Below, one piece after another: positions 38,459-52,322 of a DNA stretch of 64,000 bases. Made by a program: the position numbers and the translations under genes. The stretch comes from Squalus acanthias (lineage: Eukaryota), in contig CM059432.1 in assembly GCA_030390025.1 (NCBI GenBank), positions 145,826,001 through 145,890,000 on the forward strand, read 5' to 3'. Within the stretch, counting starts at the first letter, position 1; every line of letters starts with the position of its first letter. Below the pieces are notes generated by a model that worked only from the letters and a program-made list of their open reading frames with translations, did no database searches and was not told the DNA's origin.

Positions 38459-40390
38459 AACAAAGCCTACCAAAAATAGTGGGAAACCAAGGGGCTAATA
38501 AGAGTGAGGAACTTAAACTAATTAATATCAGTAGAGAAAAAGTACTTGAGAAACTAATGGGACTAAAATCCCACAAATCCCCTGCACCTTACGGCCTACA
38601 TCCTAGGGTTCTAAAAGAGGTGGCTGCAGAGATAGTGGATGCATTGGTTGTGATCTTCCAAAATTCCCTAGATTCTAGAACAGTCCCAGTGGATTGAAAG
38701 GTAGCAAATGTAACCCCACTATTCAAGAAAGGAGGGAGAGAGAAAACAGGGAACTACAGGCCAGTTAGCCTGAGATCAGTTGTCGGGAAAATGCTGGAAT
38801 CCATTATTAAGGAAGTGGTAACGGCACTTAGAAAATCATAATATGATTAGGCAGAGGCAGCATGGTTTTATGAAAGGGAAATCATGATGAACAAATTTAT
38901 TAGAGTTTTTTGAGGATGTAACTAGCAGGGTAGATAACAGGGAACCAGTGGATGTAGTATATTTGGATTTCCAAAAGGAATTCAATAAGGTGCCACATAA
39001 AAGGTTACTATGCAAGATAAGGGCTCATGGGGTTGGGGCGAATATATTAGCATGGATAGAGGATTGGTTAACGGACAAAAAACAGAGAGTAGGGATAAAT
39101 GGGTTGGCAGGCTGTAACTAGTAGGGTTTTTTTTATTCGTTTCCGGGATGTAGGCGTCGCTGGTAAGGCTAGCATTTATTGCCCATCCCTAATTGCCCTT
39201 GAGTGGCTTGCTAGGCCATTTCAGAGGGCAGTTAAGAGTCAACCACATTGCTGTGAGTCACATATAGGCCAGACCGGGTAAGGACGGCAGATTTCCTTTC
39301 CTAAAGGACGTTAGTGAACCAGATGGGTTTTTACAACAATCCGGTAGTTTCATGGTCACCATTACTGATACTAGCCTTTTTATTTCAGATTTATTTAATT
39401 AACTGAATTTAAATTCCCCAGCTGCTGTGGTGGGATTTGAACTCACGCCTCTGGATTACTAGTCCAGTACCACTATGCTGCCATTCCCACAGTGTAATGT
39501 ATCCAAGTTTGCTGACAAAGCTGTGAGGAGGACACAAACAGCCTGCAAAGGATATAGACAGGTTAAGTGAGTGGGCAATAAGGTGACAGGTGGAGTATAA
39601 TGTGGGGAAATGTGAGGTTATTCACTTTGGTAGGAAGAATAGAAAATCAGAATAAGTTTTAAATGGTGTGAAACTATTCAATGTTGATGTTCAGAGAGAT
39701 TTAGGTGTCCTCGTACAGGAAACACAGAAAGCTAGCATGCAGGTACGGCAAGCAATTAGGAAGGCAAACGGCATATTGGCCTTTATTGCAAGGGTGTTGG
39801 AGTACAAGAGTAAGGAAGTCTTACTACAATTGTACCAGGCTTTGGTGAGACTGTGCACAGTTTTGGTCTCATCTGAGGAAACATACTTGCCTTAGAGGCG
39901 GTGCAACGAAGGTTCACTAGATTAATCCCTGGGATGAGAGGGTTTTCCTTTGAGGAACGATCGAGTAGATTGGGCCTATACTCTCGAGAGTTTAGAAGAA
40001 TGAGGGGTGATCTCATTGAAACATAAGGTTCTGAGAGGGATTGACATGATAGATGCTGAGAGGTTGTTTCCCCTGGCTGGAGAGTCTAGAACTAAGGGGG
40101 CATAGTCTCAGGATAAGGGGTCAGCCATTTCAGACTGAAATGAGGAGGAATTTCTTCACTCAGAGGGTTGTGAATCTTTGCAATTCTCTACCCCAAAGGG
40201 CTGTGGATGCACATTCGTTGAGCATATTCAAGGCTGAGATAGATAGAGTTTTGGACTCATGGGGAATCAAGGGATATGGGGATCGGGCAGAAAAGTGGAG
40301 TTGAGGTCAAAGATCAGCAATGATCTTATTGAATGGCGGAGCAGGCTCAAAGGGCCGTATGGCCGACTCCTGCTCTTAATTCTTATGTTC
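38459..40390 (+). mobile_element. CR1 LINE RT/3' fragment interrupted by a minus-strand SINE (about 39126-39485)
   Basis: ORFs 38479..38697, 39668..39895, 40053..40304; the SINE matches 16390-16810. Confidence 0.88.
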
Positions 40391-40626
40391 ACCAATTCTG
40401 CACCCTAGTGGTTCAATGTTTTCTCCATCATAACCCAAGCTTCTGTGCTTGGTATATGGCTCTTCACTGTTTAAGTGGATATTAGGATTTCACGTTAGCC
40501 TTTGCATTTCACTGAAATCCTAGTGACAACACGAAAGAAAATGGAAAATGTTTCATACCATACCTCCCTCATGCACCTGCTGGCAAGATCAAGGGTGTCA
40601 CTTGCAGAGGTATGAAAGACAGATAT

Positions 40627-41577
40627 TTTTTTATTCGTTGCTGGGATGTGGGCATCACTAGCAAAGCCAGCGTTTATTGCTCATCCCTAATTGCCATTCA
40701 GAAGGTGGTGGTGAGTCGCCTTTTTGAACTGCTGCAGTCCATATGGTAAAGGTACTCCCACAGTGCCGTTAGGGAAGGAGTTCCAAGATTTTGACCCAGC
40801 GACACTGAAAGGAATGGCGATATATTTCCAAGTCAGGATGGAGTGTGACTTGGAAGGGAACTTGGAGATGATGGCGTTCCCATGTGCCTGCTGCCCTTGT
40901 CCTTCTAGGTGGTAGAAGTCGTGGGTTTGGGAGGTGCTGCTGAAGAAGCCTTGGTGATTGCTGCAGTGCATCTTGGAGATGGTACACACTGCAGCCACGG
41001 TGTGCCGGTGGTGGAGGGGGTGAATGTTTAGGGTGGTGGATGGGGTGCTAATAAATCAGGCTGCTTTGTCCTGAATGGTGTCGAGCTTCTTGAGTGTTGT
41101 TGGAGCTGCACACATCCAAGCAAGTGGAGAGTATTCCATCACACTCCTTACTTGTGCCTTGTAGGTGGTGGAAAAGCTTTGGGGAGTCAGGAGTTGAGAT
41201 ACTCGCCACAGAATACCCAGCCTCTGACCTGCTCTTGTATCCACAGTATTTATGTGACTGGTCCAGTTAAGTTTCTGGTCAATGGCAACTCCCAGGATGT
41301 TGATGGTGGGGAATTCGGCAATGGTAATGCTGTTGAATGTCAAGGGGTGGTGGTTAGGCTCTCTCTTGTTGAAGATAGTCATTGCCTGGCACTTGTGTGG
41401 CCCAAGCCTGAATGTCATCCAGGTCTTGCTGCATGTGGGCACAGACTGCTTCATTATCTGATAGTTGCGAATGGAACTGAACACTGTTCAATCATCAGTG
41501 AACATCCCCATTTCTGACATTATGTTGGAGGGAAGGTCATTGATGAAGCAGCTGAAGATGGTTGGGCCTAGGACACT
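40627..41577 (-). mobile_element. CR1/Zenon-like LINE 3' fragment
   Basis: ORF 41056..41484 'ILGVAIDQKLNWTSHI...YKAQVRSVMEYSPLAW'. Confidence 0.8.
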
Positions 41578-42506
41578 GGTACAGTTGGTAGTGTCAGCTC
41601 TTTGTGACATGGATTTCTAGTGGAGATGTTATGCAGGTCATCAAAAGATATGTGACTAGATCCCAGAATAAACAAAGTACACAACCCCCTTTTGTCTTTC
41701 TAATCCTCAAAGAAAACAAAATACTCGTCCTACAATTCTGTAAAACCCACCATCTTCCAGCAATTTGGTTGGTGTTGCAAGTCCAGCAGTATCCAACAGT
41801 GCTGTGGAGTTTCATCAGTGACATGGAATTATGGGTTAGTCACCAAAATGGAAGCTGCACTAATGGGGGACATGTGCATAAAGCAAATGGTGCAAAGGCT
41901 CACTACAGTGAAAGATCACACTGAAGAAATCCTCCTAGGCAGGGACTGTTCAATTGTTGACTTGGCGTAGAAAAATTAGAATTGCTTGTTTCATTTGTTT
42001 GAAGAGGAAACTGTGCCTTTGATCAAAAGATCAAATTGGATTCCTTGATTTACCTATCTGCATTACTCCTGGTTTCTTCAAGAGGGGGGGAAAAAGTTGC
42101 TTTTAGGAAGAAAATTTGCCGCAAGCTTTCACGTGTTCATGTGGTCGTGGATATTTGCCATTTTATTTGTGACATGCGATCACCATTGTTTACTGTACAT
42201 ACTAGTGAAGTAGTCTTGCGGTTGCCTGGGAAGCTCTACATCAAGGAGTTAACAGAAGTGTTGGTTTGACATACATAAGTAACAAAAACAATTCAACGTA
42301 ATTCATAACTTGAAAGCACTTTGAGATGTTTGGAGAATGTGAAAGGCAGGGTCTTTTCTAAGGGGTTCAAAGCAGGACTTTAAAAACAATGTGGGGTTTC
42401 GTCCTAAATCCCGAGTTTGATTAGAATGAAAAGCTGCCTTCAGTGCTTGCTTAGATAGAAATGAGAAGTCGCACACCAGGTTATAGTCCAACAGATTTAT
42501 TTAAAA

Positions 42507-42544
42507 TTACAAGCTTTCGGAGCTGTCGCCCCTTCGTCAGGTAA
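42507..42544 (-). ncRNA. Minimal hammerhead ribozyme motif (PLE family A), sense to AVL9
   Basis: Exact reverse complement of 43150-43187. Confidence 0.7.
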
Positions 42545-43149
42545 AGGTACAATGAGTGAATCTACAATATTACACAGTATATAAACACAGAAACTGCAGA
42601 GATACAATCTTTCAGGGAAGGTGTCCTTGCATCAAAGACACACCAGAGCACAGCCAAGACAATGAGATGTGTCACAGGGGGTCCAACGTGTCAAATCCTG
42701 CTGTCTGCAGTTGAGCTTTCTTTTTTTTTTGGCAGGATTGTTACCTCCCAGTCGGGGAACACTTCAGCAGTCAAGGACATTCAGCCTCGGATCTGCGGGT
42801 TAGCGTTCTCCAAGGCGGCCTTCGAGACGCATGACAATGCAAAATCATCGAGCAGAAACTGATAGCCAAGTTCCGCACCCATGAGGACGGCCTCAATAGG
42901 GATATCGGGTTCATGTCATGCTACAGAACGTGACTCGACATCGTTGTCTGTCTTTCCAGTTTAAAAAAAAAAAGAAAGCTCAACTGCAGACAGCAGGATT
43001 TGACACGTTGGACCCCCTGTGACACATCTCATTGTCTTGGCTGTGCTCTGGTGTGTCTTTGATGTAAGGACACCTTCCCTGAAAGATTGTATCTCTGCAG
43101 TTTCTGTGTTTATATACTGTGTAATATTGTAGATTCACTCATTGTACCT

Positions 43150-43187
43150 TTACCTGACGAAGGGGCGACAGCTCCGAAAGCTTGTAA
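43150..43187 (+). ncRNA. Minimal hammerhead ribozyme motif (PLE family A)
   Basis: TTAC-CTGACGA-A-GGGGC GACA GCTCC-GAAA-GC-TT-GTAA. Confidence 0.7.
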
Positions 43188-44529
43188 TTTTAAATAAATC
43201 TGTTGGACTATAACCTGGTGTTGTGCGACTTCTCATTTTTGTCCACCCCAGTCCAACACCGGCATCTCTGCATCATGCTTAGATAGAATCACACAGCACA
43301 GAAGGAAGCCATTTATAGGCCATCATGCCTGTGACGGCTCTTTGAAAGAACGATCCAATTTAGTCCCATTCCCCTGCTCTTTCCCCAGAGCCCTGCAAAT
43401 TAATCCTCTTCAAATACATGCCTGTTGAAAGTTCCTCTGGTATCTGATTCCACCACACTTTCAGGTAGTGTTTTCCAGATCTCAACAACCATCTGAGAAG
43501 AAATTTCTCATTTCCCCTCTAGTTCTTTTGCCAATTATCTTAAATCTATGACCTCTGGTTACCGACCCATTTGTACATTCCTGTCGGCCTTGCATTTGCA
43601 AAGGGGCAGTGATGGGAAAGCTTGCTGGCTGAAAAGGCAGGCCTCCTGCTACACATCTGCATCAACAGGAAATTTTAAATCAGCTCAGCTGGAAGTGAGT
43701 GCAGCTGGTAGTGCCTAAGAGAGTGATAATATGATCTATACATTGCTTTTAATACTTCCAGCTTTCTACTGAACGAGTTTCAGGTGCAACAAAGCAGCTG
43801 CAGATCACAAAGTTGAGTATATTTTTTGACTGATGCAGGAGGCCCCCGAATCTTTTGCCATCAGTCAAATAAGCCAGTGCAGAGTGTTTCTCGGCCAGTG
43901 GATTTCTGAGGATGCTCCGCGGAGCACACACGACTGAAACCAGTTTCCTTTTCTGGCACACACTAGAATAATGCTTCTTAGAACACCCAGAACATTGCAA
44001 CAGGGGGTTCCCAAAGCATTAAATCTGCTGCTCTCTCCACTGATGCTGCCGAGGGTTTCCAGCATTTTACGCTTTTGTTTCACAACATTGTGTTTGGATA
44101 AATCAGGCCTTACTGGAACAGCCCATCAGCAAGCAAGGTGGCTGCCATCAAATGGCAGGACACCTAACCAAAAGGGGCAGCACCTCCTCTCTGCGCCCCC
44201 CTCCCCCCTCTGTGGTGCTGCCAATTTCCATTTGTACAAGGAAGTTTAGCAAATGAGGAAGAACAAATATTTACAATGCATAAACAATTACTCCAGACTT
44301 TGGCAGCAACAGTCGCACGATAGACATCAGTGGTGGTGGCATTGTTGGGGAGGGAGGTGAGGGAGGAAGGAAGGAAAGAAAAGATAGATTGACTTGCATT
44401 TACATAGAACCTTATTTCATCCCTAAAAAATCTCTAAGTACTTCACATACGATGGATTATTTAAAATATAGTGACTGTAATGCACACAAATGTGGGAACA
44501 ATACGCACAGAGCAAGATCCACACCAGCA

Positions 44530-45612
44530 ATCATAGAAATTTACGGCACAGAAGGAGGCCATTCGGCCCATTGTGTCTGGGCCGGCCGAAAAAGAGCTAT
44601 CCAGCCTAATCCCACTTTCCAGCTCTTGGTCCGTAACCCTCTAGGTTACGGCACTTCAAGTGCATATCCAAGTACTTTTTGAAAGTGATGAGGGTTTCTG
44701 CCTCTACCACCCTTTCAGGCAGCGAGTTCCAGATCCCCACCACCCTCTGGGTGAAAAAAATTCTCAACTCCCCTCTAATCCTTCTACTTTAAATCTATGC
44801 CCCCTAGTTATAGACCTCTCTGCTGAGCAAAATAGGCCCTTCCTATCCAGTCTATCTAGGCCCCACATAATTTTATACACCTAAATTAAATCTCCCCTCA
44901 GCCTCCGCTGTTCTAAAGAAAACATCCCCAGAATAACCAATCTTTCCTCAAACCTAAAATTCTTCCACCCTGACAACATCCTCGTAAATCTCCTCTGTCC
45001 CCCCCTCGAGTGCAATCACATCTTTCCTGTAATGTGGTGACCAGAACTGTACGCAGTACACTAGCTCTGGCCTAACTAGTGTTTTATACAGTTCAAGCCT
45101 AACCTCCCTGCTGATATTCTATGCTTCGGCTAATAAAGGAAAGTATCCCGTATGCTTTCTTAACTACCTTATCTACCTGTCCTGCTCCCTTTAGGGAGCT
45201 GTGAACATGCACTCCAAGGTCCCTCTATTCCTCTACACTTCAGTATCCTACCATTTATTGTGTATTCCTTTGCTTTGTTAGCCCTCCCTAAATGCATTAC
45301 CTCACACTTCTCCAGATTGAATTCCATTCGCCACTTATCTGCCCACCTGACCAGCCCATTGATATCTTCCTGGAGTCTACAGCTTTCTTCAACCACACGG
45401 CCAACTTTTGCATCATCTGCAAACTTCTTAATCATGCCCCCTACATTGAGGTTTAAATCATTGATATACACCACAAAAAGCAAGGGACCCAGTACTGAGC
45501 CCTGCGGAACCCCACTGGAAACAGCCTTCCAGTCACAAAAACACCCTTTGCTACCTGCCACTGAGCCAATTTTGGATCCAACTTGCCACTTTCCCTTGGA
45601 ACCCATGGGCTT
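44530..45612 (-). mobile_element. CR1 LINE RT/3' fragment
   Basis: ORF 45169..45606 'GVPQGSVLGPLLFVVYINDL...FADD'. Confidence 0.9.
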
Positions 45613-45901
45613 TTACAATGAGATGAACAAGAAGTTGATTTGTTTTTACTGGTGTTGTGGGAAGAATGCAGCCAGGACACTGGGAGGACTCGAGCTCTTC
45701 ACCAACAAGCGTCCACCTGAAGCACCTGAACTATGAGGCAGCCTCAATTTAACATTAGAATGTCAGCAGGATGATCATCTCGGGTCCTGGAGTATGGCTT
45801 GTACCCATGACCATGGACTCAGAGGTGAGAGTGCTACCAACTGATAGGAACATTTACTGTAGTGTAGCAGAAATAGGAAGCATTTTCTTCATTTATCTTA
45901 C

Positions 45902-46022
45902 CCTCCTGGTAGTTATGTGCTCCATCGGGCAGGGCCAGAAATGGGAGGTATTTCCACTCCTCGGGCAAGCTGTGACCATCATGTCCTTCTTCTGGAACCA
46001 ATGGTGGATATGAAAATTCAAC
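45902..46022 (-). CDS. AVL9: AVL9 coding exon (exon 2 equivalent), 121 nt: VEFSYPPLVPEEGHDGHSLPEEWKYLPFLALPDGAHNYQE(D)
   Basis: ctatAG acceptor, GTAAGA donor; uDENN-like 'LPFLALPDGAH' motif of AVL9. Confidence 0.96.
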
Positions 46023-46471
46023 CTATAGTGTTCCAGAATGGAAATTACAATAAGTAGCACATAATATATGGTAAGAAGAACTAGTGTCAGCTTTTTGATT
46101 ATAATTTCTTCTCTTGCCCTGAATATTTGTATACGGCTACGATACATAAACGAAAATGTGCAGCTGAGCTGGAATGCGATACTGTTCCTTCTCCCTTACT
46201 TGCAGAAGATGGCAAGGGAATGCCATCAAGTTACAGTTACCCCAGCTTCCATATAGCAAGGGAAAAATCCCTATTAAAATAGAAAAATATCATAGGATTA
46301 GCTCCTACAGGTTTACTGTAGCTTACTATGTCGAAGTGCCTGGACAGTACTTAGCAACAACCAACAGTTTTGAAATTAGAAGTCACTTTGTGGGAAGGCA
46401 ATAGCAGCCCAGGTTCCGTCACGGTGTGACGCAGTGAGTGGCAGCACACTGAGTCACCCTAAAGCAAGACG

Positions 46472-46802
46472 ATAGCAAAATACTGCGGATGCTGGAAATC
46501 CGAAACAACAACAGAAAACGCTGGAAAAACTCAGCAGGCCAGGCAGCATCCGTGGAGAGAGAAACAGAGTTAACGTTTCAGGTCGAAGACCTTGCGTCAG
46601 AACTGGAAAAAAGCAGGAAATGAAATAGATTTAAAGCAAGGATAAAGCTGGGAAAAGGGGGAGGGGATGAAAGAACAAAAGGAGAGATTAAGAGACATTG
46701 AGAGACAGTAAGAGATGATCAAGGCAAGAGGAGGTGTTAATGGGACAGGTTGAGGCTAAAAGAAGTGTGAAATGCGCTGGCAGAATGAAGGACAGCTGCC
46801 AG
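46472..46802 (-). mobile_element. PLE family B 3' end; hammerhead core mutated (CTGACGC)
   Basis: Reverse complement of 34465-34800. Confidence 0.75.
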
Positions 46803-48082
46803 CTTCTGGGAGAAAAAAAAAGGGGGGGAGGGCCAAACAAAAGGGTGGATGAAAAAATAAAATAAAGCAAGACATTGGTTGTGACTGTGGTCCGCAACTA
46901 AAGGTTCAATGCAATATACTGTGCAGTGCCAGCCAGTGAAAAAAACCACAATGACTGGGAAAATGCATACACTCGAAAAAGAATTTTTGAAAATACAAAA
47001 GGATATGGAAGTATTTTTAGGAACTGCTTTATCCATACAATTCATTATTCTGTTTCAAGCAGTACTCTACAGGATCTACGTGCATTATAATACTGGGTTC
47101 TGTCGTGGCCAAATTTATATACACGCTGAACTATCCAGAAAATTTACATCCTGAAACATGGCCAACCTAGTTTGAGCAGCTGTTCCTCGTGTAAATATCC
47201 CAAAATTATTTTCCATAAGCAGATCTAGTCTATTACGTGCTGAAATCAATGGCTTTATTCTGTTCCGTATTAAGAGTTAGCATAGCCTATTTCTCGCAAG
47301 TAACCCTGATCACAGCAAGTTGCTTACTGGAGAATACACAGGATCTCACTAATTAAGGTAACCCACATCATAAGGTAATCCAGGCATTGTAAAATAACAT
47401 GCCAATTGGATAACTTTATACCAACTAAACTAGTCTTCCAAACTTATTTACAAATAAAATGATGCATAGAAACAACGAGATGCTGGCAAATTATTAAACA
47501 GTATAATACTCATGAGATAGAATTGCAATCAGCTCACAAAAGGATCGATATATTCTTCCCTTCAAAAAACTGCCTTTAACAATTGCTAAAAATCTAACCG
47601 GCCCTTTGGATAAATCAGCTGCGTTTTTACTTTCCTTCCTACACAGGCTGTAATTTCAAAGCACAGCTTTTGAGATAAGATGCCACACACTAGAATACAC
47701 AAGCTTCACGCACCAATGAAGTCTGGCACATCCTTGCCAGAATTAAAGACCAACAGGTAGAACTAGTATATATTCATCCTGTGGAACCTCTCATGGAAAG
47801 CAAATACTTTTGAAACTGCCAAGCAACCACAATTAACAGTTCTCACACATTGGTAAGCAAGGGGATAATGGACTACAACAATGGTGCTCTTATTAGCATT
47901 TCCACCAGACTGTTTTCACACAGAGCGACAACTAGAAATTAAATCTGATAAAAGCTGCGCCCATTAACATTTATGCAAATTACCCCACAGAATTTTTCAT
48001 CAGCTACCCTGCCTGGCTCATGCAGAAGATGTTACCAGTTCACTAGTTTATACTTAGTGAAAAGGACACCCTCCATTTTAAT

Positions 48083-48184
48083 ATAAAAACAGAAAATGCT
48101 GGAAATACTCAGCAGGTCAGGCAGCATCAGTGGAGAGAGAAACAGAGTTAACGGTTCAGGTCGATGACCCTTCGTCAGAACTAG
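48083..48184 (-). mobile_element. Short PLE family B end; hammerhead GAAA mutated to GAAC
   Basis: Matches 2732-2836. Confidence 0.7.
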
Positions 48185-48893
48185 CGAAATAATTTTAATG
48201 CATGGCTACTTGAAATTATGTAGTGGAGGTTATTTACAGGCCACCGTGATTATATTTTAATTCAATGATATTCACCTTCATCACTTAAAGGATTTTTTGT
48301 TTGCATTTTTTAAACAAAAATCTTGGTATGAAGACAACACTGGAAAGGAAGAATTCTTTGCTCATCCCTGAGGATATTAAGAGTAAACCAAGTAGAGTGG
48401 GACTGGAGTCACATGTAGGCCAGACTGGGTAAGTCTAGCAGGTTCCATTTCCTGAAGGACACTAGTTGGGTTTTTGATGATGAAACGGCAGCTATCACAG
48501 AGTTTCTGATGCTAACCCTACCAATTGCCACTTTTATTGAAATCAATTTCTCATGGTGGGATTTGAACTCTCAACCTCTGGGTTCCTAGGCTACTATATC
48601 CTATTTTTGGTAGAACACAGTCTAATCAAGGACAGCTGTGGCAAGGTTGTCATCCGTGGCTCAGTTGTTAGCACTCTTGCCTCTTGTCAGAAGGTTGTGG
48701 GTTCAAGTCCCACATCAGAGACTCATGTTAGGGTACAATTGCTCAAGTGGCAGGCCTCTAAGTACCTTTGCCCAAAAGGTTGCATCACTCTGGGAGCTAT
48801 CACAACCCAATTTTTATTCCCGTCTTCATCTAGTAGTCAAATAAGCACAGTTCCAGCAAAGCAATGTTTTCTAGCGATCAGGAGCGGAAACCA

Positions 48894-49338
48894 GTGTCAG
48901 CTGTGGCTCAGTGGGTAGCACTCTCGCCTCGAAGTCAGAAGGTTATGGGTTCAAGTCCCACTCCAGAGACTTGAGCACAAAAAACCAGGCTGGCACTTCA
49001 GTGCAGTATTGAGGGAGTGCTGCACTGTTGGAGGTGCCGTCTTTCGGATGAGACGTTAAACCGAGGCCCCGTCTGCTCTGTCTGGTGGCACCATTTCGAA
49101 GAAGTTATCCCCGGGGTCCTGGGCCAATATTTATCCCTCAATCAACATCACAAAAACAGTTTATCTGGTCATTATCACATTGCTGTTTCTGGGAGCTTGC
49201 TGTGCACAAATTGGCTGCCGCGTTTCCCACATTACAACAGTGACTATACTTCAAAAGTAGTTCATTGGCTGTAAAGCACTTTGGGACGTCCGGTGGTCGT
49301 GAAAGGCGCTGTATAAATGCAAGTCTTTCTTTTCTTTT
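48894..49338 (+). mobile_element. Full-length Deu-domain tRNA-derived SINE (SacSINE1-like)
   Basis: A box TGGCTCAGTGGG, B box GGTTCAAGTCC, core GGATGAGACGTTAAACCGAGGCCCCGTC, ttct-rich tail. Confidence 0.85.
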
Positions 49339-49432
49339 TTATGCCATTGGGGGAGACAGGGTAAATATCGAGTGCACCTTATAGTGGCTGCCTTAGATAG
49401 CAAAAGGTAGCAAAATAGGTGTCGAGCATTAT

Positions 49433-49869
49433 GGCCTAAATACTTACAGGGAGACGGGGAGGGCGAATGCGGCTGGGGAATGTGTCGAAGGCGGGACGTG
49501 GCAGTCCTGCCGAATTTAACGACATGGAGCGGACATCTGGGCTTGGGGGGGGGGGGTGTGTGGATTGGCAGAGGGGAGGCCGAAGGCTTTCCTTGAGGGG
49601 CCCACAAAGGAGAGCTGTAGAAGGCATGTGTCTTCTTGAGCCAGCAGCTCCCACCTCCCTTTTACTGCCGGTTTCCCGAGCCCTGGGAAACCCGCGCGGC
49701 AACCGTTAAATTTAAATCAGGCTCCCAATTGCACGGTGGGAGTCTGATTTAAATATGTTCGTGAAGTGCCCCGCCTCTCCACGACGTGACACTCGCACAC
49801 CACGAAACCCGCCACATGCTCATGCTCGCCGGGTTGGGGACGTGTTCCCCGTTTAATTTTTAACCCCCC
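49433..49869. mobile_element. GC/CpG-rich MITE-like insertion
   Basis: Abrupt CpG-rich block ending in aattttaacccccc, resembling the other Harbinger-type ends; left TIR degenerate. Confidence 0.4.
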
Positions 49870-51872
49870 ATCGTGGGGGAATGAATATTGAAGCCTATGG
49901 GCTTTGTCAAACAATTTACATATGTCACTTACTTTTTTTAATTTTCTCACGTGTACTTAAAAAAGGCAGCCCTTTTTTATAAAAGCACTATTTCAACCGT
50001 CTCCAAAAGCAACTAGCTTTTTCCACTCTTACCTGGAGTGAAAGCCAAGGGTTATTATTGTAAAGAATACTACACTGTTTGCAATATCCACAGACTAATG
50101 ACACCTACGCAGCTCTGAACTCATCAAAAGGCATTATATAAATGATCAGTATACAGTCTGCCTTTTGTTTCAGCACCCAACATCTGTAATCTCCAATAAG
50201 TAATATCTAACCATTGTCTATTTCAAAATTCTGACATCAACATACATAAGAAATACTAATGTTCCCAACAATAATTTATCAGCTATATTACACTCAATGA
50301 GCCCGACACATAATGAGAACTCGAGATGACCTTTAAGTGAAAGCAATTAAACATTAGAATGAAGTTGTAAGAGCTGGTTTTCAACTTGTGTGTCAGAGCT
50401 GGGAGCTGCTGGTTACTGCTACAGAGAACCTACATGAACATGTAATCATGCTCATTAAAAACAGACCAGTATTTCCCACAGTGAAAGAATAAGGGTAGTC
50501 TTCTGGAATTGAATTGAGTTGTGTGGTTTAACAATATTGCTTCTGATAGAGGTCCTTTGAGTGTAGAGGCAAATTTCAAACTCCCACACATTAAAATGGA
50601 TTATTCACTTCAGTGGACAGACAGGCTTAACATAAATACCATAATGTTGGCAGATTCCAGTCAGGATTCCTGCCTTTGCCAAAGAGCCCTGGCCTGGGTG
50701 GGGGGTTCGGTTGCATGCAGCAGTAGAACGGAGCCATCTCTCTCCGGGGAAACTGATGGGTAGGGTTTATAAAAACTGTAGAATTCGAGGGTTTGGGGTG
50801 TGCAATCATTCGGCCCATGACCGATTCCACTGCTTTACAGGACTTTAAATCTATCCTCCATGCAACGCTGGTGCCAGGAACATGCTGAAACCCTCATCTA
50901 CACTGTGTTACCTCAAGGGTTGATTTCTCAAGTGAAATACTCACCCCAACCTTCAGCTATTTGCAAACTCTGCAGCTCACATCTTTCCTATACAAAGTCT
51001 TGCACACTCATTACTCCTCACCGTAGCTGCAGTCAAACCTCACTGGTGCCCTGCGCTGCAACAAATCAATTTCAATGTACACAGCCATTTATCCCCACCT
51101 CCTCCATTCCACTGCACCATCAGATACTGATCTTTTAGTCACTACCTCCCTGTTCTCTGGAAGTATTTTCCAAAATCATCCTGGCTTGCTATCACTCTCC
51201 CCATCTTCAAAAGCCTTAAAAACAATCTTTCTTTGACTGTGCCTTCAGTATCCTTATCTAAATTCTTCCATTTCTGCACAGTTCTCACTCCTCCACCATG
51301 CCCAAGACATTTGTTTACATGAGAAACACGATATAAATTGAAGTTGCTGTTAATTATTCCACTCGTCAATTATTCCACTCGTCTATTATTCTTAATGTGA
51401 AATGATTCCACTCAACTTCAGTTCTTACTCCTAACTTTAAAAGCCCCAATACTAATTCTTTTGCATAATGATCAAGCAGAATAACCTGAGCTGTAGTTCT
51501 GGTCACTGTGCTAAAAGCATCCACGGCAGACTATTGCAGCAGGTTGGCTGTTTAGACATCTAGATCAGCCTGGATACACATCACCAAAACCTGACTGTTG
51601 AAGCATTTGCTTTGGTAACCTGTTTGAGTGGCTCTAATCCCAAGTACTTGGTGGAAAATCATTCATACTTGCAGAGTGCCCTGCAAGCAAAAATTCTTAC
51701 CCTGTTTATCTAATCTTTTAGATTCATTTCCTGGTGTTTTTCTCCATATTTTAAGTTTTTCCAAACTAACTTTAATCTGAAAAGCCAAAAGACAAGCAGC
51801 CAAAAGTTGCACAACAGAAGACAGACTGTGACTTCCTCATTGTTAAAGAATGCCATGATTCTTTGATATAAA

Positions 51873-52095
51873 CAAAGAGCAAAATACTGCAGATGCTGGA
51901 AATTTGAAACAAAACAGAATACTGGAAACACTAAGCAGGTCAGGCAGCATCTGCGGAGACCAGCCAAGTTGATGTTTCAGATTCAAACCCTTTGTCAAAA
52001 CTCTAGTTTTGAAGCTGAAACGTCAACTTGCCCGATATCTCCACAGATGCTGCCTGACCTGCTGAGCATTTCCCACATTCTCTGTTTTTGTTCCA
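51873..52095. mobile_element. Old foldback pair of PLE family B ends
   Basis: 'agcaggtcaggcagcatctg' and 'cagatgctgcctgacctgct' arms around a decayed hammerhead region. Confidence 0.65.
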
Positions 52096-52322
52096 TGACT
52101 CGGTTGCTTGAAAAAGATGCACAATAATCTGAAGCAACAGTAGCAGATGACATGGTAGTTCAGCAAAAGTTAAACTTAAATCCACCAGTGATGGTAACAA
52201 TGCCAGTGGAAGAAGCAAATTGATCAAATATGTTTCACCATATGCTGAGACAATTAAGAATAGCAGAAGACATGGTGTTAAGGCGGATCCGCCAATATCA
52301 CCCCCGCCCCCCCAACCTATAA

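Larger units (their letters stand above)
42461..43275 (+). mobile_element. Young Penelope-like element (family A) with inverted terminal repeat and 13-bp TSD
   Basis: 42733-42933 encodes QDCYLPVGEHFSSQGHSASDLRVSVLQGGLRDA*QCKIIEQKLIAKFRTHEDGLNRD (GIY-YIG C-terminus); arms about 42459-42730 / 42963-43238; TGCTTAGATAGAA at 42448-42460 and 43276-43288. Confidence 0.9.

Noticed and set aside
48894..48965. tRNA gene
   Set aside because: tRNA-like head continues into a multicopy SINE body; no complete cloverleaf or terminator
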